From assembly GCA_030390025.1 (NCBI GenBank), contig CM059438.1:60514001-60578000 (forward strand): a stretch of DNA of 64,000 bases. Direction: 5' to 3'. Below are positions 35,350 to 50,300 of this stretch, one piece after another; within the stretch, counting starts at the first letter, position 1; every line of letters starts with the position of its first letter. The stretch is from Squalus acanthias (lineage: Eukaryota). Made by a program: the position numbers and the translations under genes. Below the pieces are notes generated by a model that saw only the letters and a program-made list of their open reading frames with translations, was not told the DNA's origin and did not search any database.

Positions 35350-38300
35350 AAAAGCTAATGTAACATCCAACATAAAGTAACATCCAATATAAAGTAGTAT
35401 CCAACATAAAGTAACATTCAACATAAAGTAGTGTCCAACACCAAGTTGTGTCCAAAACCAATTAGTGGCCAACACCAAGGAGTGTCCAACATCAAGTAGT
35501 GACCAACACCAAATAGTGTCGAACACCAAGTAGTGTCCAACACCAAGTAGTGCCCAACACGATGTCGTGCCCAAAACCATGACATGCCCAACACCAAGTA
35601 GTGCCCAACACCAAGTAGTGCCCAACACCAAGTAGTGTCCAACACCAAGTAGTGCACAACACCAAGTAGTGCCCAACACCAAGAAGAGCCCAACACCAAG
35701 TAGTGCACAACACCAACTAGTGTCCAACACCAAGTAGCGTGCACCACCAAGGAGTGTTCAACACCAAGTAGTACACAACACCAACTAGTGTCCAACACCA
35801 AGCAGTGTGCACCACCAAGGAGTGATCAACACCAAGTAGTGTCCAACACCAAGTAGTGTGCACCACCAAAGAGTGACAAAACCAAGTAGTGTGCAACACC
35901 AAGTAGTGTCCGACACCAAGTAATGTCCAACACTAAGGAGAGTCCAACACCAAGTAGTGTCCAACACCAAGTAGTGTCCAACACCAAGTAGTGTCCAACA
36001 CCAAGTAGTGCACAACACCTAGTAGTGTCCAACACCAAGTAGGGCACAACACCAAGTAGTGTCCAACACCAAGTAGTGCACAACACCAAGGAGTGTCCAA
36101 CACCAAGTAGTGCCCAACACCAAGTGGTGTCCAAAACCAAGTAGTGTCCACCAACAAGGAGTGTCCAACAACAAGTAGTGTACAACACCAAGTAGTTTCC
36201 AACACCAAGGAGTGTCCAACACCAAGTAGTGTCCAACACCAAGTAGTGTCCAAAACCAAGTAGTGTCCACCACCAAGTAGTGTCCAACACCAAGCAGTGT
36301 CCAACACCAAGTAGTGTCCAACACCAAGTAGTGTCCAAAACCAAGTAGTGTCCAACAACAAGTAGTGTCCAACAACAAGTAGTGTCCAACACCAAGGATT
36401 TTCAACACCAAGTAGTGTCCAACACCAAGTAGTGTCCAAAACCAAGTAGTGTCCAACAACAAGTAGTGTCCAACAACAAGTAGTGTCCAACACCAAGGAG
36501 TGTCCAACACCAAGTAGTGTCCAACACCAAAGAGTGTCCAACACTAAGTAGTGTACAACACCAAGTAGTGTCCACCACCAAGGAGTGTCCAACACCAAGT
36601 AGTGTCCAACACCAAAGAGTGTCCAACACCAAGTAGTGTCCAAAACCAAGTAGTGTCCAACAACAAGTAGTGTCCAACACCAAGGAGTGTCCAACACCAA
36701 GTAGTGTCCAACACCAATGAATGTCCAACACTAAGTAGTGTACAACACCAAGTAGTGTCCACCACCAAGGAGTGTCCAACACCAAGTAGTGTCCAAAACC
36801 AGGTAGTGTCCAACACCAAAGAGTGTCCAACACTAAGTAGTGTACAACAACAAGTAGTGTCCACCACCAAGGAGTGTCCAACACCAAGTACTGTCCAACA
36901 CCAGGTAGTGTCCAACACCAAGTAGTGTCCAACACCAAGTAGTGTCCAACACCAAGTAGTGTCCAATACCAAGTAGTGCCCAACACCAAGTAGTGCCCAA
37001 CACCAAGTAGTGCCCAACACCAAGTAGTGTTCAACACCAAGTAGTGCCCAACACCAAGTAGTGCCCAACACCAAGTAGTGTCCAACACCAAGGAGTGTCC
37101 AACAGCAAGTAGTGTCCAACACCAAGTAGTGCCCAACACCAGGTAGTGTCCAACACCAGGTGGTGTCCAACACCAGGTAGTGTGCAACACCAAGTAGTGT
37201 GCAACACCAAGTAGTGTCCAACACCAAGGAGTGTCCAACACCAAGGAGTGTCCAACACCAAGCAGTGTCCAACACCAAGTAGTGTCCAACACCAAGTAGG
37301 GTCCAACACCAAGCAGTGTCCAACACCAAGCAGTGTCCAACTCCAAGTAGTGTCCAACACCAAGTAGTGCACAACACCAAGGAGTGTCCAACACCAAGTA
37401 GTGTCCAACACCAAGTAGTGTCCAAAACCAAGTAGAGTCCACCAACTAGGAGTGTCCAACAACAAGTAGTGTACAACACCAAGTAGTGTCCAACACCAAG
37501 GAGTGTCCAACACCAAGTAGTGTCCAACACCAAGTAGTGTCCAAAACCAAGTAGTGTCCACCACCAAGGAGTGTCCAACACCAAGTAGTTTCCAACTCCA
37601 AGTAGTGTCCAACACCAAGTAATTTCCAACACCAAGTAATTTCCAAATCCAAGTAGTGTCCAACACCAAGTAGTTTCCAACTCCAACTACTGTCCAACAC
37701 CAAGTAGTGCCCACAGCAAGTACTGTCCAACACCAAGAAGTTTCGAACTCCAAGTAGTGACCAACACCAAGTAGTTTCCAAATCCAAGTAGTGTGCAAAA
37801 CCAAGTAGTTTCCAACACCAAGTAGTGTCCAACACCAAGGAGTGTCCAACACCAAGGAGTGTCCAACTCCAAATAGTGTCCAACACCAAGGAGCTTCAAA
37901 CTCCAAATAGTGTCCAACACCAAGGAGTGTCCAACACCAAGTAGTGTCCAACATCAAGGAGTGTCCAACACCAAGTAGTGTCCAACACCAAGTAGTGCCC
38001 AACACCAAGTACTGTCCAACACCAAGTAGTGCCCAACACCAAGAAGTGTCCAACACCAAGGAGTGTCCAACACCAAGTAGTGTCAAACGCCAAGTAGTGT
38101 CCAACACCAAGCAGTGTCCAATGCCAAGTAGTGTCCAACACCAAGGAGTGTCCAACACCAAGTAGTATCCAAAACCAAGGAGTGTCCAACACCAAGTAGT
38201 GTCCAATACCAAGGAGTGTCCAACACCAAGTAGTTTCCAACACCAAGTAGTGTCCAACAACAACTAATTTCCAACTCCAAGCAGTGTCCAAAACAAAGTC

Positions 38301-41300
38301 ATGTCCAACGCCAAGTACTGCCCAAAAACAAGCAGCGTCCAACATCAAGTAGTTTCCAACTCCAAGTAGTGATCAACTCCAAGTAGTTTCCAATGCCAAG
38401 TCGTGTCCAACACCAAGGAGTTTCCAACACCAAGTAGTGTCCAACACCAAGTAGTTTCCAACTCCAAGTAGTGTCCAACACCAACTAGTTTCCAACTCCA
38501 AGGAGTGTCCAACACCAGCTCGTGTCCAACACCAATGAGTGTCCAACACCAAGTAGTTTGCAACTCCAAGTAGTGTCCAACACCAAGGAGTGTCCAACAC
38601 CAAGTTGTGCCCAGCACCAATCAGTGTCCAACACCAAGCAGTTTCCAAATCCCAGGAGTTTTCAACAGCAAGTAGTGTTCAACAACAAGCAGTGTCCAAC
38701 ACCAAGTACTGTCCAACACCAAGTTATGTCCAACATCAAGCAGTGTCCAACACCAACTCGTGTCCAACACCAAGTAGAGTCCAACAACAAGGAGTGTCCA
38801 ACACCAAGTAGTGTCCAACACCAAAGAGTGTCCAACACCAAGTAGTGTCCAACACCAAGTAGTTTCCAAATCCAAGTAGTGTCCAACACCAAGTAGTTTC
38901 CAACTCCAAGTACTGTCCAACACCAAGTAGTGCCCACAGCAAGTACTGTCCAACACCAAGAAGTTTCGAACTCCAAGTAGTGACCAACACCAAGTAGTTT
39001 CCAAATCCAAGTAGTGTGCAAAACCAAGTAGTTTCCAACACCAAGTAGTGTCCAACACCAAGGAGTGTCCAACACCAAGGATTTTCAACACCAAGTAGTG
39101 TCCAACACCAAGTAGTGTCCAAAACCAAGTAGTGTCCAACAACAAGTAGTGTCCAACAACAAGTAGTGTCCAACACCAAGGAGTGTCCAACACCAAGTAG
39201 TGTCCAACACCAAAGAGTGTCCAACACTAAGTAGTGTACAACACCAAGTAGTGTCCAACACCAAGGAGTGTCCAACACCAAGTAGTGTCCAACACCAAAG
39301 AGTGTCCAACACCAAGTAGTGTCCAAAACCAAGTAGTGTCCAACAACAAGTAGTGTCCAACACCAAGGAGTGTCCAACACCAAGTAGTGTCCAACACCAA
39401 TGAATGTCCAACACCAAGTAGTGTCCAAAACCAGGTAGTGTCCAACACCAAAGAGTGTCCAACACTAAGTAGTGTACAACAACAAGTAGTGTCCACCACC
39501 AAGGAGTGTCCAACACCAAATACTGTCCAACACCAGGTAGTGTCCAACACCAAGTAGTGTCCAACACCAAGTAGTGTCCAACACCAAGTAGTGTCCAATA
39601 CCAAGTAGTGCCCAACACCAAGTAGTGCCCAACACCAAGTAGTGCCCAACACCAAGTAGTGTTCAACACCAAGTAGTGCCCAACACCAAGTAGTGCCCAA
39701 CACCAAGTAGTGTCCAACACCAAGGAGTGTCCAACAGCAAGTAGTGTCCAACACCAAGTAGTGCCCAACACCAGGTAGTGTCCAACACCAGGTGGTGTCC
39801 AACACCAGGTAGTGTGCAACACCAAGTAGTGTGCAACACCAAGTAGTGTCCAACACCAAGGAGTGTCCAACACCAAGGAGTGTCCAACACCAAGCAGTGT
39901 CCAACACCAAGTAGTGTCCAACACCAAGTAGGGTCCAACACCAAGCAGTGTCCAACACCAAGCAGTGTCCAACTCCAAGTAGTGTCCAACACCAAGTAGT
40001 GCACAACACCAAGGAGTGTCCAACACCAAGTAGTGTCCAACACCAAGTAGTGTCCAAAACCAAGTAGAGTCCACCAACTAGGAGTGTCCAACAACAAGTA
40101 GTGTACAACACCAAGTAGTGTCCAACACCAAGGAGTGTCCAACACCAAGTAGTGTCCAACACCAAGTAGTGTCCAAAACCAAGTAGTGTCCACCACCAAG
40201 GAGTGTCCAACACCAAGTAGTTTCCAACTCCAAGTAGTGTCCAACACCAAGTAATTTCCAACACCAAGTAATTTCCAAATCCAAGTAGTGTCCAACACCA
40301 AGTAGTTTCCAACTCCAACTACTGTCCAACACCAAGTAGTGCCCACAGCAAGTACTGTCCAACACCAAGAAGTTTCGAACTCCAAGTAGTGACCAACACC
40401 AAGTAGTTTCCAAATCCAAGTAGTGTGCAAAACCAAGTAGTTTCCAACACCAAGTAGTGTCCAACACCAAGGAGTGTCCAACACCAAGGAGTGTCCAACT
40501 CCAAATAGTGTCCAACACCAAGGAGCTTCAAACTCCAAATAGTGTCCAACACCAAGGAGTGTCCAACACCAAGTAGTGCCCAACACCAAGAAGTGTCCAA
40601 CAGCAAGGAGTGTCCAACACCAAGTAGTGTCAAACGCCAAGTAGTGTCCAACACCAAGCAGTGTCCAATGCCAAGTAGTGTCCAACACCAAGGAGTGTCC
40701 AACACCAAGTAGTATCCAAAACCAAGTAGTGTCCAACACCAAGGAGTGTCCAACACCAAGTAGTGTCCAACACCAATGAATGTCCAACACCAAGTAGTGT
40801 CCAAAACCAGGTAGTGTCCAACACCAAAGAGTGTCCAACACTAAGTAGTGTACAACAACAAGTAGTGTCCACCACCAAGGAGTGTCCAACACCAAATACT
40901 GTCCAACACCAGGTAGTGTCCAACACCAAGTAGTGTCCAACACCAAGTAGTGTCCAACACCAAGTAGTGTCCAATACCAAGTAGTGCCCAACACCAAGTA
41001 GTGCCCAACACCAAGTAGTGCCCAACACCAAGTAGTGTTCAACACCAAGTAGTGCCCAACACCAAGTAGTGCCCAACACCAAGTAGTGTCCAACACCAAG
41101 GAGTGTCCAACAGCAAGTAGTGTCCAACACCAAGTAGTGCCCAACACCAGGTAGTGTCCAACACCAGGTGGTGTCCAACACCAGGTAGTGTGCAACACCA
41201 AGTAGTGTGCAACACCAAGTAGTGTCCAACACCAAGGAGTGTCCAACACCAAGGAGTGTCCAACACCAAGCAGTGTCCAACACCAAGTAGTGTCCAACAC

Positions 41301-44300
41301 CAAGTAGGGTCCAACACCAAGCAGTGTCGAACACCAAGCAGTGTCCAACTCCAAGTAGTGTCCAACACCAAGTAGTGCACAACACCAAGGAGTGTCCAAC
41401 ACCAAGTAGTGTCCAACACCAAGTAGTGTCCAAAACCAAGTAGAGTCCACCAACTAGGAGTGTCCAACAACAAGTAGTGTACAACACCAAGTAGTGTCCA
41501 ACACCAAGGAGTGTCCAACACCAAGTAGTGTCCAACACCAAGTAGTGTCCAAAACCAAGTAGTGTCCACCACCAAGGAGTGTCCAACACCAAGTAGTTTC
41601 CAACTCCAAGTAGTGTCCAACACCAAGTAATTTCCAACACCAAGTAATTTCCAAATCCAAGTAGTGTCCAACACCAAGTAGTTTCCAACTCCAACTACTG
41701 TCCAACACCAAGTAGTGCCCACAGCAAGTACTGTCCAACACCAAGAAGTTTCGAACTCCAAGTAGTGACCAACACCAAGTAGTTTCCAAATCCAAGTAGT
41801 GTGCAAAACCAAGTAGTTTCCAACACCAAGTAGTGTCCAACACCAAGGAGTGTCCAACACCAAGGAGTGTCCAACTCCAAATAGTGTCCAACACCAAGGA
41901 GCTTCAAACTCCAAATAGTGTCCAACACCAAGGAGTGTCCAACACCAAGTAGTGTCCAACATCAAGGAGTGTCCAACACCAAGTAGTGTCCAACACCAAG
42001 TAGTGCCCAACACCAAGTACTGTCCAACACCAAGTAGTGCCCAACACCAAGAAGTGTCCAACACCAAGGAGTGTCCAACACCAAGTAGTGTCAAACGCCA
42101 AGTAGTGTCCAACACCAAGCAGTGTCCAATGCCAAGTAGTGTCCAACACCAAGGAGTGTCCAACACCAAGTAGTATCCAAAACCAAGGAGTGTCCAACAC
42201 CAAGTAGTGTCCAATACCAAGGAGTGTCCAACACCAAGTAGTTTCCAACACCAAGTAGTGTCCAACAACAACTAATTTCCAACTCCAAGCAGTGTCCAAA
42301 ACAAAGTCATGTCCAACGCCAAGTACTGCCCAAAAACAAGCAGCGTCCAACATCAAGTAGTTTCCAACTCCAAGTAGTGATCAACTCCAAGTAGTTTCCA
42401 ATGCCAAGTCGTGTCCAACACCAAGGAGTTTCCAACACCAAGTAGTGTCCAACACCAAGTAGTTTCCAACTCCAAGTAGTGTCCAACACCAACTAGTTTC
42501 CAACTCCAAGGAGTGTCCAACACCAGCTCGTGTCCAACACCAATGAGTGTCCAACACCAAGTAGTTTGCAACTCCAAGTAGTGTCCAACACCAATGAATG
42601 TCCAACACCAAGTAGTGTCCAAAACCAGGTAGTGTCCAACACCAAAGAGTGTCCAACACTAAGTAGTGTACAACAACAAGTAGTGTCCACCACCAAGGAG
42701 TGTCCAACACCAAATACTGTCCAACACCAGGTAGTGTCCAACACCAAGTAGTGTCCAACACCAAGTAGTGTCCAACACCAAGTAGTGTCCAATACCAAGT
42801 AGTGCCCAACACCAAGTAGTGCCCAACACCAAGTAGTGCCCAACACCAAGTAGTGTTCAACACCAAGTAGTGCCCAACACCAAGTAGTGCCCAACACCAA
42901 GTAGTGTCCAACACCAAGGAGTGTCCAACAGCAAGTAGTGTCCAACACCAAGTAGTGCCCAACACCAGGTAGTGTCCAACACCAGGTGGTGTCCAACACC
43001 AGGTAGTGTGCAACACCAAGTAGTGTGCAACACCAAGTAGTGTCCAACACCAAGGAGTGTCCAACACCAAGGAGTGTCCAACACCAAGCAGTGTCCAACA
43101 CCAAGTAGTGTCCAACACCAAGTAGGGTCCAACACCAAGCAGTGTCGAACACCAAGCAGTGTCCAACTCCAAGTCGTGTCCAACACCAAGTAGTGCACAA
43201 CACCAAGGAGTGTCCAACACCAAGTAGTGTCCAACACCAAGTAGTGTCCAAAACCAAGTAGAGTCCACCAACTAGGAGTGTCCAACAACAAGTAGTGTAC
43301 AACACCAAGTAGTGTCCAACACCAAGGAGTGTCCAACACCAAGTAGTGTCCAACACCAAGTAGTGTCCAAAACCAAGTAGTGTCCACCACCAAGGAGTGT
43401 CCAACACCAAGTAGTTTCCAACTCCAAGTAGTGTCCAACACCAAGTAATTTCCAACACCAAGTAATTTCCAAATCCAAGTAGTGTCCAACACCAAGTAGT
43501 TTCCAACTCCAACTACTGTCCAACACCAAGTAGTGCCCACAGCAAGTACTGTCCAACACCAAGAAGTTTCGAACTCCAAGTAGTGACCAACACCAAGTAG
43601 TTTCCAAATCCAAGTAGTGTGCAAAACCAAGTAGTTTCCAACACCAAGTAGTGTCCAACACCAAGGAGTGTCCAACACCAAGGAGTGTCCAACTCCAAAT
43701 AGTGTCCAACACCAAGGAGCTTCAAACTCCAAAGAGTGTCCAACACCAAGGAGTGTCCAACACCAAGTAGTGTCCAACATCAAGGAGTGTCCAACACCAA
43801 GTAGTGTCCAACACCAAGTAGTGCCCAACACCAAGTACTGTCCAACACCAAGTAGTGCCCAACACCAAGAAGTGTCCAACACCAAGGAGTGTCCAACACC
43901 AAGTAGTGTCAAACGCCAAGTAGTGTCCAACACCAAGCAGTGTCCAATGCCAAGTAGTGTCCAACACCAAGGAGTGTCCAACACCAAGTAGTATCCAAAA
44001 CCAAGGAGTGTCCAACACCAAGTAGTGTCCAATACCAAGGAGTGTCCAACACCAAGTAGTTTCCAACACCAAGTAGTGTCCAACAACAACTAATTTCCAA
44101 CTCCAAGCAGTGTCCAAAACAAAGTCATGTCCAACGCCAAGTACTGCCCAAAAACAAGCAGCGTCCAACATCAAGTAGTTTCCAACTCCAAGTAGTGATC
44201 AACTCCAAGTAGTTTCCAATGCCAAGTCGTGTCCAACACCAAGGAGTTTCCAACACCAAGTAGTGTCCAACACCAAGTAGTTTCCAACTCCAAGTAGTGT

Positions 44301-47300
44301 CCAACACCAACTAGTTTCCAACTCCAAGGAGTGTCCAACACCAGCTCGTGTCCAACACCAATGAGTGTCCAACACCAAGTAGTTTGTAACTCCAAGTAGT
44401 GTCCAACACCAAGGAGTGTCCAACACCAAGTTGTGCCCAGCACCAATCAGTGTCCAACACCAAGCAGTTTCCAAATCCCAGGAGTTTTCAACAGCAAGTA
44501 GTGTTCAACAACAAGCAGTGTCCAACACCAAGTACTGTCCAACACCAAGTTATGTCCAACATCAAGCAGTGTCCAACACCAACTCGTGTCCAACACCAAG
44601 TAGAGTCCAACAACAAGTAGTTTCCAACTCTAATTAGTGTCCAAAACCAAGGAGTGTCCAACACCAAGTACAGTCCAACAACAAGTAGTTTCCAACTCCA
44701 AGTAGTGTCCAACACCAAGTAGTGTCCTGTACCAAGGAGTGTCCAACACCAAGTAGTTTCCAACTCCAAGTAGTGTCCAACACCAAGTAATGTCCAACAC
44801 CAAGTAGTTTCCAAATCCAAGTAGTGTCCAACACCAAGTAGTTTCCAACTCCAAGTACTGTCCAACACCAAGTAGTGCCCACAGCAAGTACTGTCCAACA
44901 CCAAGAAGTTTCGAACTCCAAGTAGTGACCAACACCAAGTAGTTTCCAAATCCAAGTAGTGTGCAAAACCAAGTAGTTTCCAACACCAAGTAGTGTCCAA
45001 CACCAAGGAGTGTCCAACACCAAGGAGCTTCAAACTCCAAATAGTGTCCAACACCAAGGAGCTTCAAACTCCAAATAGTGTCCAACACCAAGGAGTGTCC
45101 AACACCAAGTAGTGTCCAACATCAAGGAGTGTCCAACACCAAGTAGTGTCCAACACCAAGGAGTGTCCAACACCAAGGAGTGTCCAACACCAAGGAGTGT
45201 CCAACACCAAGTAGCGTCCAACACCAAGGAGTGTCCAACACCAAGTAATTTCCAAATCCAAGTAGTGTCCAACACAAAGTAGTTTCCAACTCCACGTAGT
45301 GTCCAACACCAAGTAGTTTCCAAATCCAAGCAGTATCCAACACCAAGTAGTTTCCAACTCCAAGTAGTGTTCAACACCAAGTAGCGTCCAACACGAAGTA
45401 GTGTCCAACACAAAGTAGTGCCCAACACCAAGTAGCGTCCAACACCAAGGAGTGTCCAACACCAAGGAGTGTCCAAATCCAAGTACTGTCCAACACCAAG
45501 TAGTTTCGAACTCCACGTAGTGTCCAACACCAAGTAGTGTCCTACACCAAGTAGTGTCCAACACCAAGTTATGTCCAACACCAAGCAGTGTTCAACACCA
45601 AGTAGCGTCCAACACCAAGTAGTGTCCAACACAAAGTAGTGCCCAACACCAAGTAGCGTCCAACACCAAGGAGTGTCCAACACCAAGGAGTGTCCAAATC
45701 CAAGTACTGTCCAACACCAAGTAGTTTCGAACTCCACGTAGTGTCCAACACCAAGTAGTGTCCTACACCAAGTAGTGTCCAACACCAAGTTATGTCCATC
45801 ACCAAGCAGTGTCCAACAACAAGACGTTTCCAACTCCAAGAAGTGTCCAACACCAAGTAGTGTCCAATACCAATTAGTTTCCAACTCCACGTAGTGTCCA
45901 ACACCAAGTAGTTTCCAAATCCAAGCAGTGTCCAACACCAAGTAGTTTCCAACTCCAAGGAGTGTTCAACACCAAGTAGCGTCCAACACCAAGTAGTGTC
46001 CAACACCAAGTTGTGCACAACACCAATCAGTGTCCAACACCAAGCAGTTTCCAAATCCCAGGAGTTTTCAACAGCAAGTAGTGTTCAACAACAAGTAGTG
46101 TCCAACACCAAGTAGTGTCCAACACCAAGTTATGTCCAACATCAAGCAGTGTCCAACACCAACTCGTGTCCAACACCAAGGAGTGTCCAACACCAAGTAG
46201 AGTCCAACACCAAGTAGAGTCCAACAACAAGTAGTTTCCAACTCCAATTAGTGACCAACACCAAGGAGTGTCCAAATCCAAGTACTGTCCAACACCAAGT
46301 AGTTTCGAACTCCACGTAGTGTCCAACACCAAGTTGTTTACAAATCTCAGGTGTGTTCAACACCAAGTAGTGTCCAACACCAAGTTATGTCCAACACCAA
46401 GCAGTGTACAACAACAAGACGTTTCCAACTCCAAGAAGTGTTCAACACCAAGTAGTGTCCAACACCAAGTAGTGTCCAATACCAATTAGTTTCCAACTCC
46501 ACGTAGTGTCCAACACCAAGTAGTTTCCAAATCTCAGGTGTGTTCAACACTAAGTAGTGTCCAACACTAAGGAGTGTTCAACACCAAGTAGTGTCCAACA
46601 CCAAGTAGTGTCCAACACCAAGTAGTGTTCAACACCAAGTGGTGCCCAACACCAAGTAATGTTCAACACCAAGCAGTGTCCAACAACAAGACATTTCCAA
46701 CTCGAAGAAGTGTTCCACACCAAGCAGTGTCCAACACCAAGTAGTGTCCAATACCAATTAGTTTCCAAATCCACGTAATGTCCAACACCAAGTAGTTTCC
46801 AACACGATGTTGTGCCCAACATCAAGCAGTGTCCAACAGAAAGTAGTTTCCAAATCCAAGGAGTTTTCAACAGCAAGTAGTGTCCAACACCAAGTAGTGT
46901 CCAACACCAAGTAGTGTCCAACACCAAGTAGTGTCCAACACCAAGCAGTGTCCAACTCCAAGTAGTGTCCAACACCAAGTTATGTCCAACACCAAGCAGT
47001 GTTCAACACCAAGTAGTATCCAAAACCAAGGAGTGTTCAACACCAAGTATTGTCCAACACCAAGTAGTATCCAACACCAAGTAGTGGACAACACCAAGTA
47101 GTGACCAACACCAAGTAGTGTACAACACCAAGTAGTGACCAACACCAAGTAGTGGCCAACACCAAGTAGTGTCCAACATCAAGTAGTGTCCAACACCAAG
47201 TAGTTTCCAAATCCAAGTAGTGTCCAAGACCAAGGAGTGTCCAACATCAAGGTGTTTCCAACACCAAGTAATGTCCTACAACAAGAAGTGTCCAACAACA

Positions 47301-50300
47301 AGGAGTGTCCAACACCAAGTAGTGCCCAACACCAAGTAGTGTCCAACACCAAGTAGTGCCCAACAACAAGTAGTGTCCAACACCAAGTAGTTTCCAAATC
47401 CAAGTAGTGTCCAACACCAACTCGTGTCCAACACCAAGGAGTTTCCAACACCAAGTAGTGTCCAACACCAAGTAGTGCCCAACACCAAGTACTGTCCAAC
47501 ACCAAGTAGTGCCCAACACCAAGTAGTGTCCAACACCAAGGAGTGTCCAACACCAAGTAGTGCCCAACTGCAAGTACTGTCCAACACCAAGTAGTGTCCA
47601 ACGCCAAGTAGTGTCCAACACCAAGCAGTGTCGAATGCCAAGTAGTGTCCAACATCAAGGAGTGTCCAACACCAAGTAGTATCCAAAACCAAGGAGTGTC
47701 CAACACCAAGTAGTGTCCAATACCAAGGAGTGTCCAACACCAAGTAGTTTCCAACACCAAGTAGTGTCCAACAGCAACTAATTTCCAACTCCAAGCAGTG
47801 TCCAAAACCAAGTCATGTCCAACGCCAAGTACTGCCCAAAAACAAGCAGCGTCCAACATCAAGTAGTTTCCAACTCCAAGTAGTGTCCAACACCAAGTAA
47901 TTTCCAACACCAAGTAATTTCCAAATCCAAGTAGTGTCCAACACCAAGTAGTTTCCAACTCCAACTACTGTCCAACACCAAGAAGTGCCCACAGCAAGTA
48001 CTGTCCAACACCAAGAAGTTTCGAACTCCAAGTAGTGACCAACACCAAGTAGTTTCCAAATCCAAGTAGTGTGCAAAACCAAGTAGTTTCCAACACCAAG
48101 TAGTGTCCAACACCAAGGAGTGTCCAACACCAAGGAGTGTCCAACTCCAAATAGTGTCCAACACCAAGGAGCTTCAAACTCCAAATAGTGTCCAACACCA
48201 AGGAGTGTCCAACACCAAGTAGTGTCCAACATCAAGGAGTGTCCAACACCAAGTAGTGTCCAACACCAAGTAGTGCCCAACACCAAGTACTGTCCAACAC
48301 CAAGTAGTGCCCAACACCAAGAAGTGTCCAACACCAAGGAGTGTCCAACACCAAGTAGTGTCAAACGCCAAGTAGTGTCCAACACCAAGTAGTGGACAAC
48401 ACCAAGTAGTGACCAACACCAAGTAGTGTACAACACCAAGTAGTGACCAACACCAAGTAGTGGCCAACACCAAGTAGTGTCCAACATCAAGTAGTGTCCA
48501 ACACCAAGTAGTTTCCAAATCCAAGTAGTGTCCAAGACCAAGGAGTGTCCAACATCAAGGTGTTTCCAACACCAAGTAATGTCCTACAACAAGAAGTGTC
48601 CAACAACAAGGAGTGTCCAACACCAAGTAGTGCCCAACACCAAGTAGTGTCCAACACCAAGTAGTGCCCAACAACAAGTAGTGTCCAACACCAAGTAGTT
48701 TCCAAATCCAAGTAGTGTCCAACACCAACTCGTGTCCAACACCAAGGAGTTTCCAACACCAAGTAGTGTCCAACACCAAGTAGTGCCCAACACCAAGTAC
48801 TGTCCAACACCAAGTAGTGCCCAACACCAAGTAGTGTCCAACACCAAGGAGTGTCCAACACCAAGTAGTGCCCAACTGCAAGTACTGTCCAACACCAAGT
48901 AGTGTCCAACGCCAAGTAGTGTCCAACACCAAGCAGTGTCGAATGCCAAGTAGTGTCCAACATCAAGGAGTGTCCAACACCAAGTAGTATCCAAAACCAA
49001 GGAGTGTCCAACACCAAGTAGTGTCCAATACCAAGGAGTGTCCAACACCAAGTAGTTTCCAACACCAAGTAGTGTCCAACAGCAACTAATTTCCAACTCC
49101 AAGCAGTGTCCAAAACCAAGTCATGTCCAACGCCAAGTACTGCCCAAAAACAAGCAGCGTCCAACATCAAGTAGTTTCCAACTCCAAGTAGTGTCCAACA
49201 CCAAGTAATTTCCAACACCAAGTAATTTCCAAATCCAAGTAGTGTCCAACACCAAGTAGTTTCCAACTCCAACTACTGTCCAACACCAAGAAGTGCCCAC
49301 AGCAAGTACTGTCCAACACCAAGAAGTTTCGAACTCCAAGTAGTGACCAACACCAAGTAGTTTCCAAATCCAAGTAGTGTGCAAAACCAAGTAGTTTCCA
49401 ACACCAAGTAGTGTCCAACACCAAGGAGTGTCCAACACCAAGGAGTGTCCAACTCCAAATAGTGTCCAACACCAAGGAGCTTCAAACTCCAAATAGTGTC
49501 CAACACCAAGGAGTGTCCAACACCAAGTAGTGTCCAACATCAAGGAGTGTCCAACACCAAGTAGTGTCCAACACCAAGTAGTGCCCAACACCAAGTACTG
49601 TCCAACACCAAGTAGTGCCCAACACCAAGAAGTGTCCAACACCAAGGAGTGTCCAACACCAAGTAGTGTCAAACGCCAAGTAGTGTCCAACACCAAGCAG
49701 TGTCCAATGCCAAGTAGTGTCCAACACCAATGAGTGTCCAACACCAAGTAGTATCCAAAACCAAGGAGTGTCCAACACCAAGTAGTGTCCAATACCAAGG
49801 AGTGTCCAACACCAAGTAGTTTCCAACACCAAGTAGTGTCCAACAACAACTAATTTCCAACTCCAAGCAGTGTCCAAAACAAAGTCATGTCCAACGCCAA
49901 GTACTGCCCAAAAACAAGCAGCGTCCAACATCAAGTAGTTTCCAACTCCAAGTAGTGATCAACTCCAAGTAGTTTCCAATGCCAAGTCGTGTCCAACACC
50001 AAGGAGTTTCCAACACCAAGTAGTGTCCAACACCAAGTAGTTTCCAACTCCAAGTAGTGTCCAACACCAACTAGTTTCCAACTCCAAGGAGTGTCCAACA
50101 CCAGCTCGTGTCCAACACCAATGAGTGTCCAACACCAAGTAGTTTGCAACTCCAAGTAGTGTCCAACACCAATGAATGTCCAACACCAAGTAGTGTCCAA
50201 AACCAGGTAGTTTCCAACACCAAAGAGTGTCCAACACTAAGTAGTGTACAACAACAAGTAGTGTCCACCACCAAGGAGTGTCCAACACCAAATACTGTCC

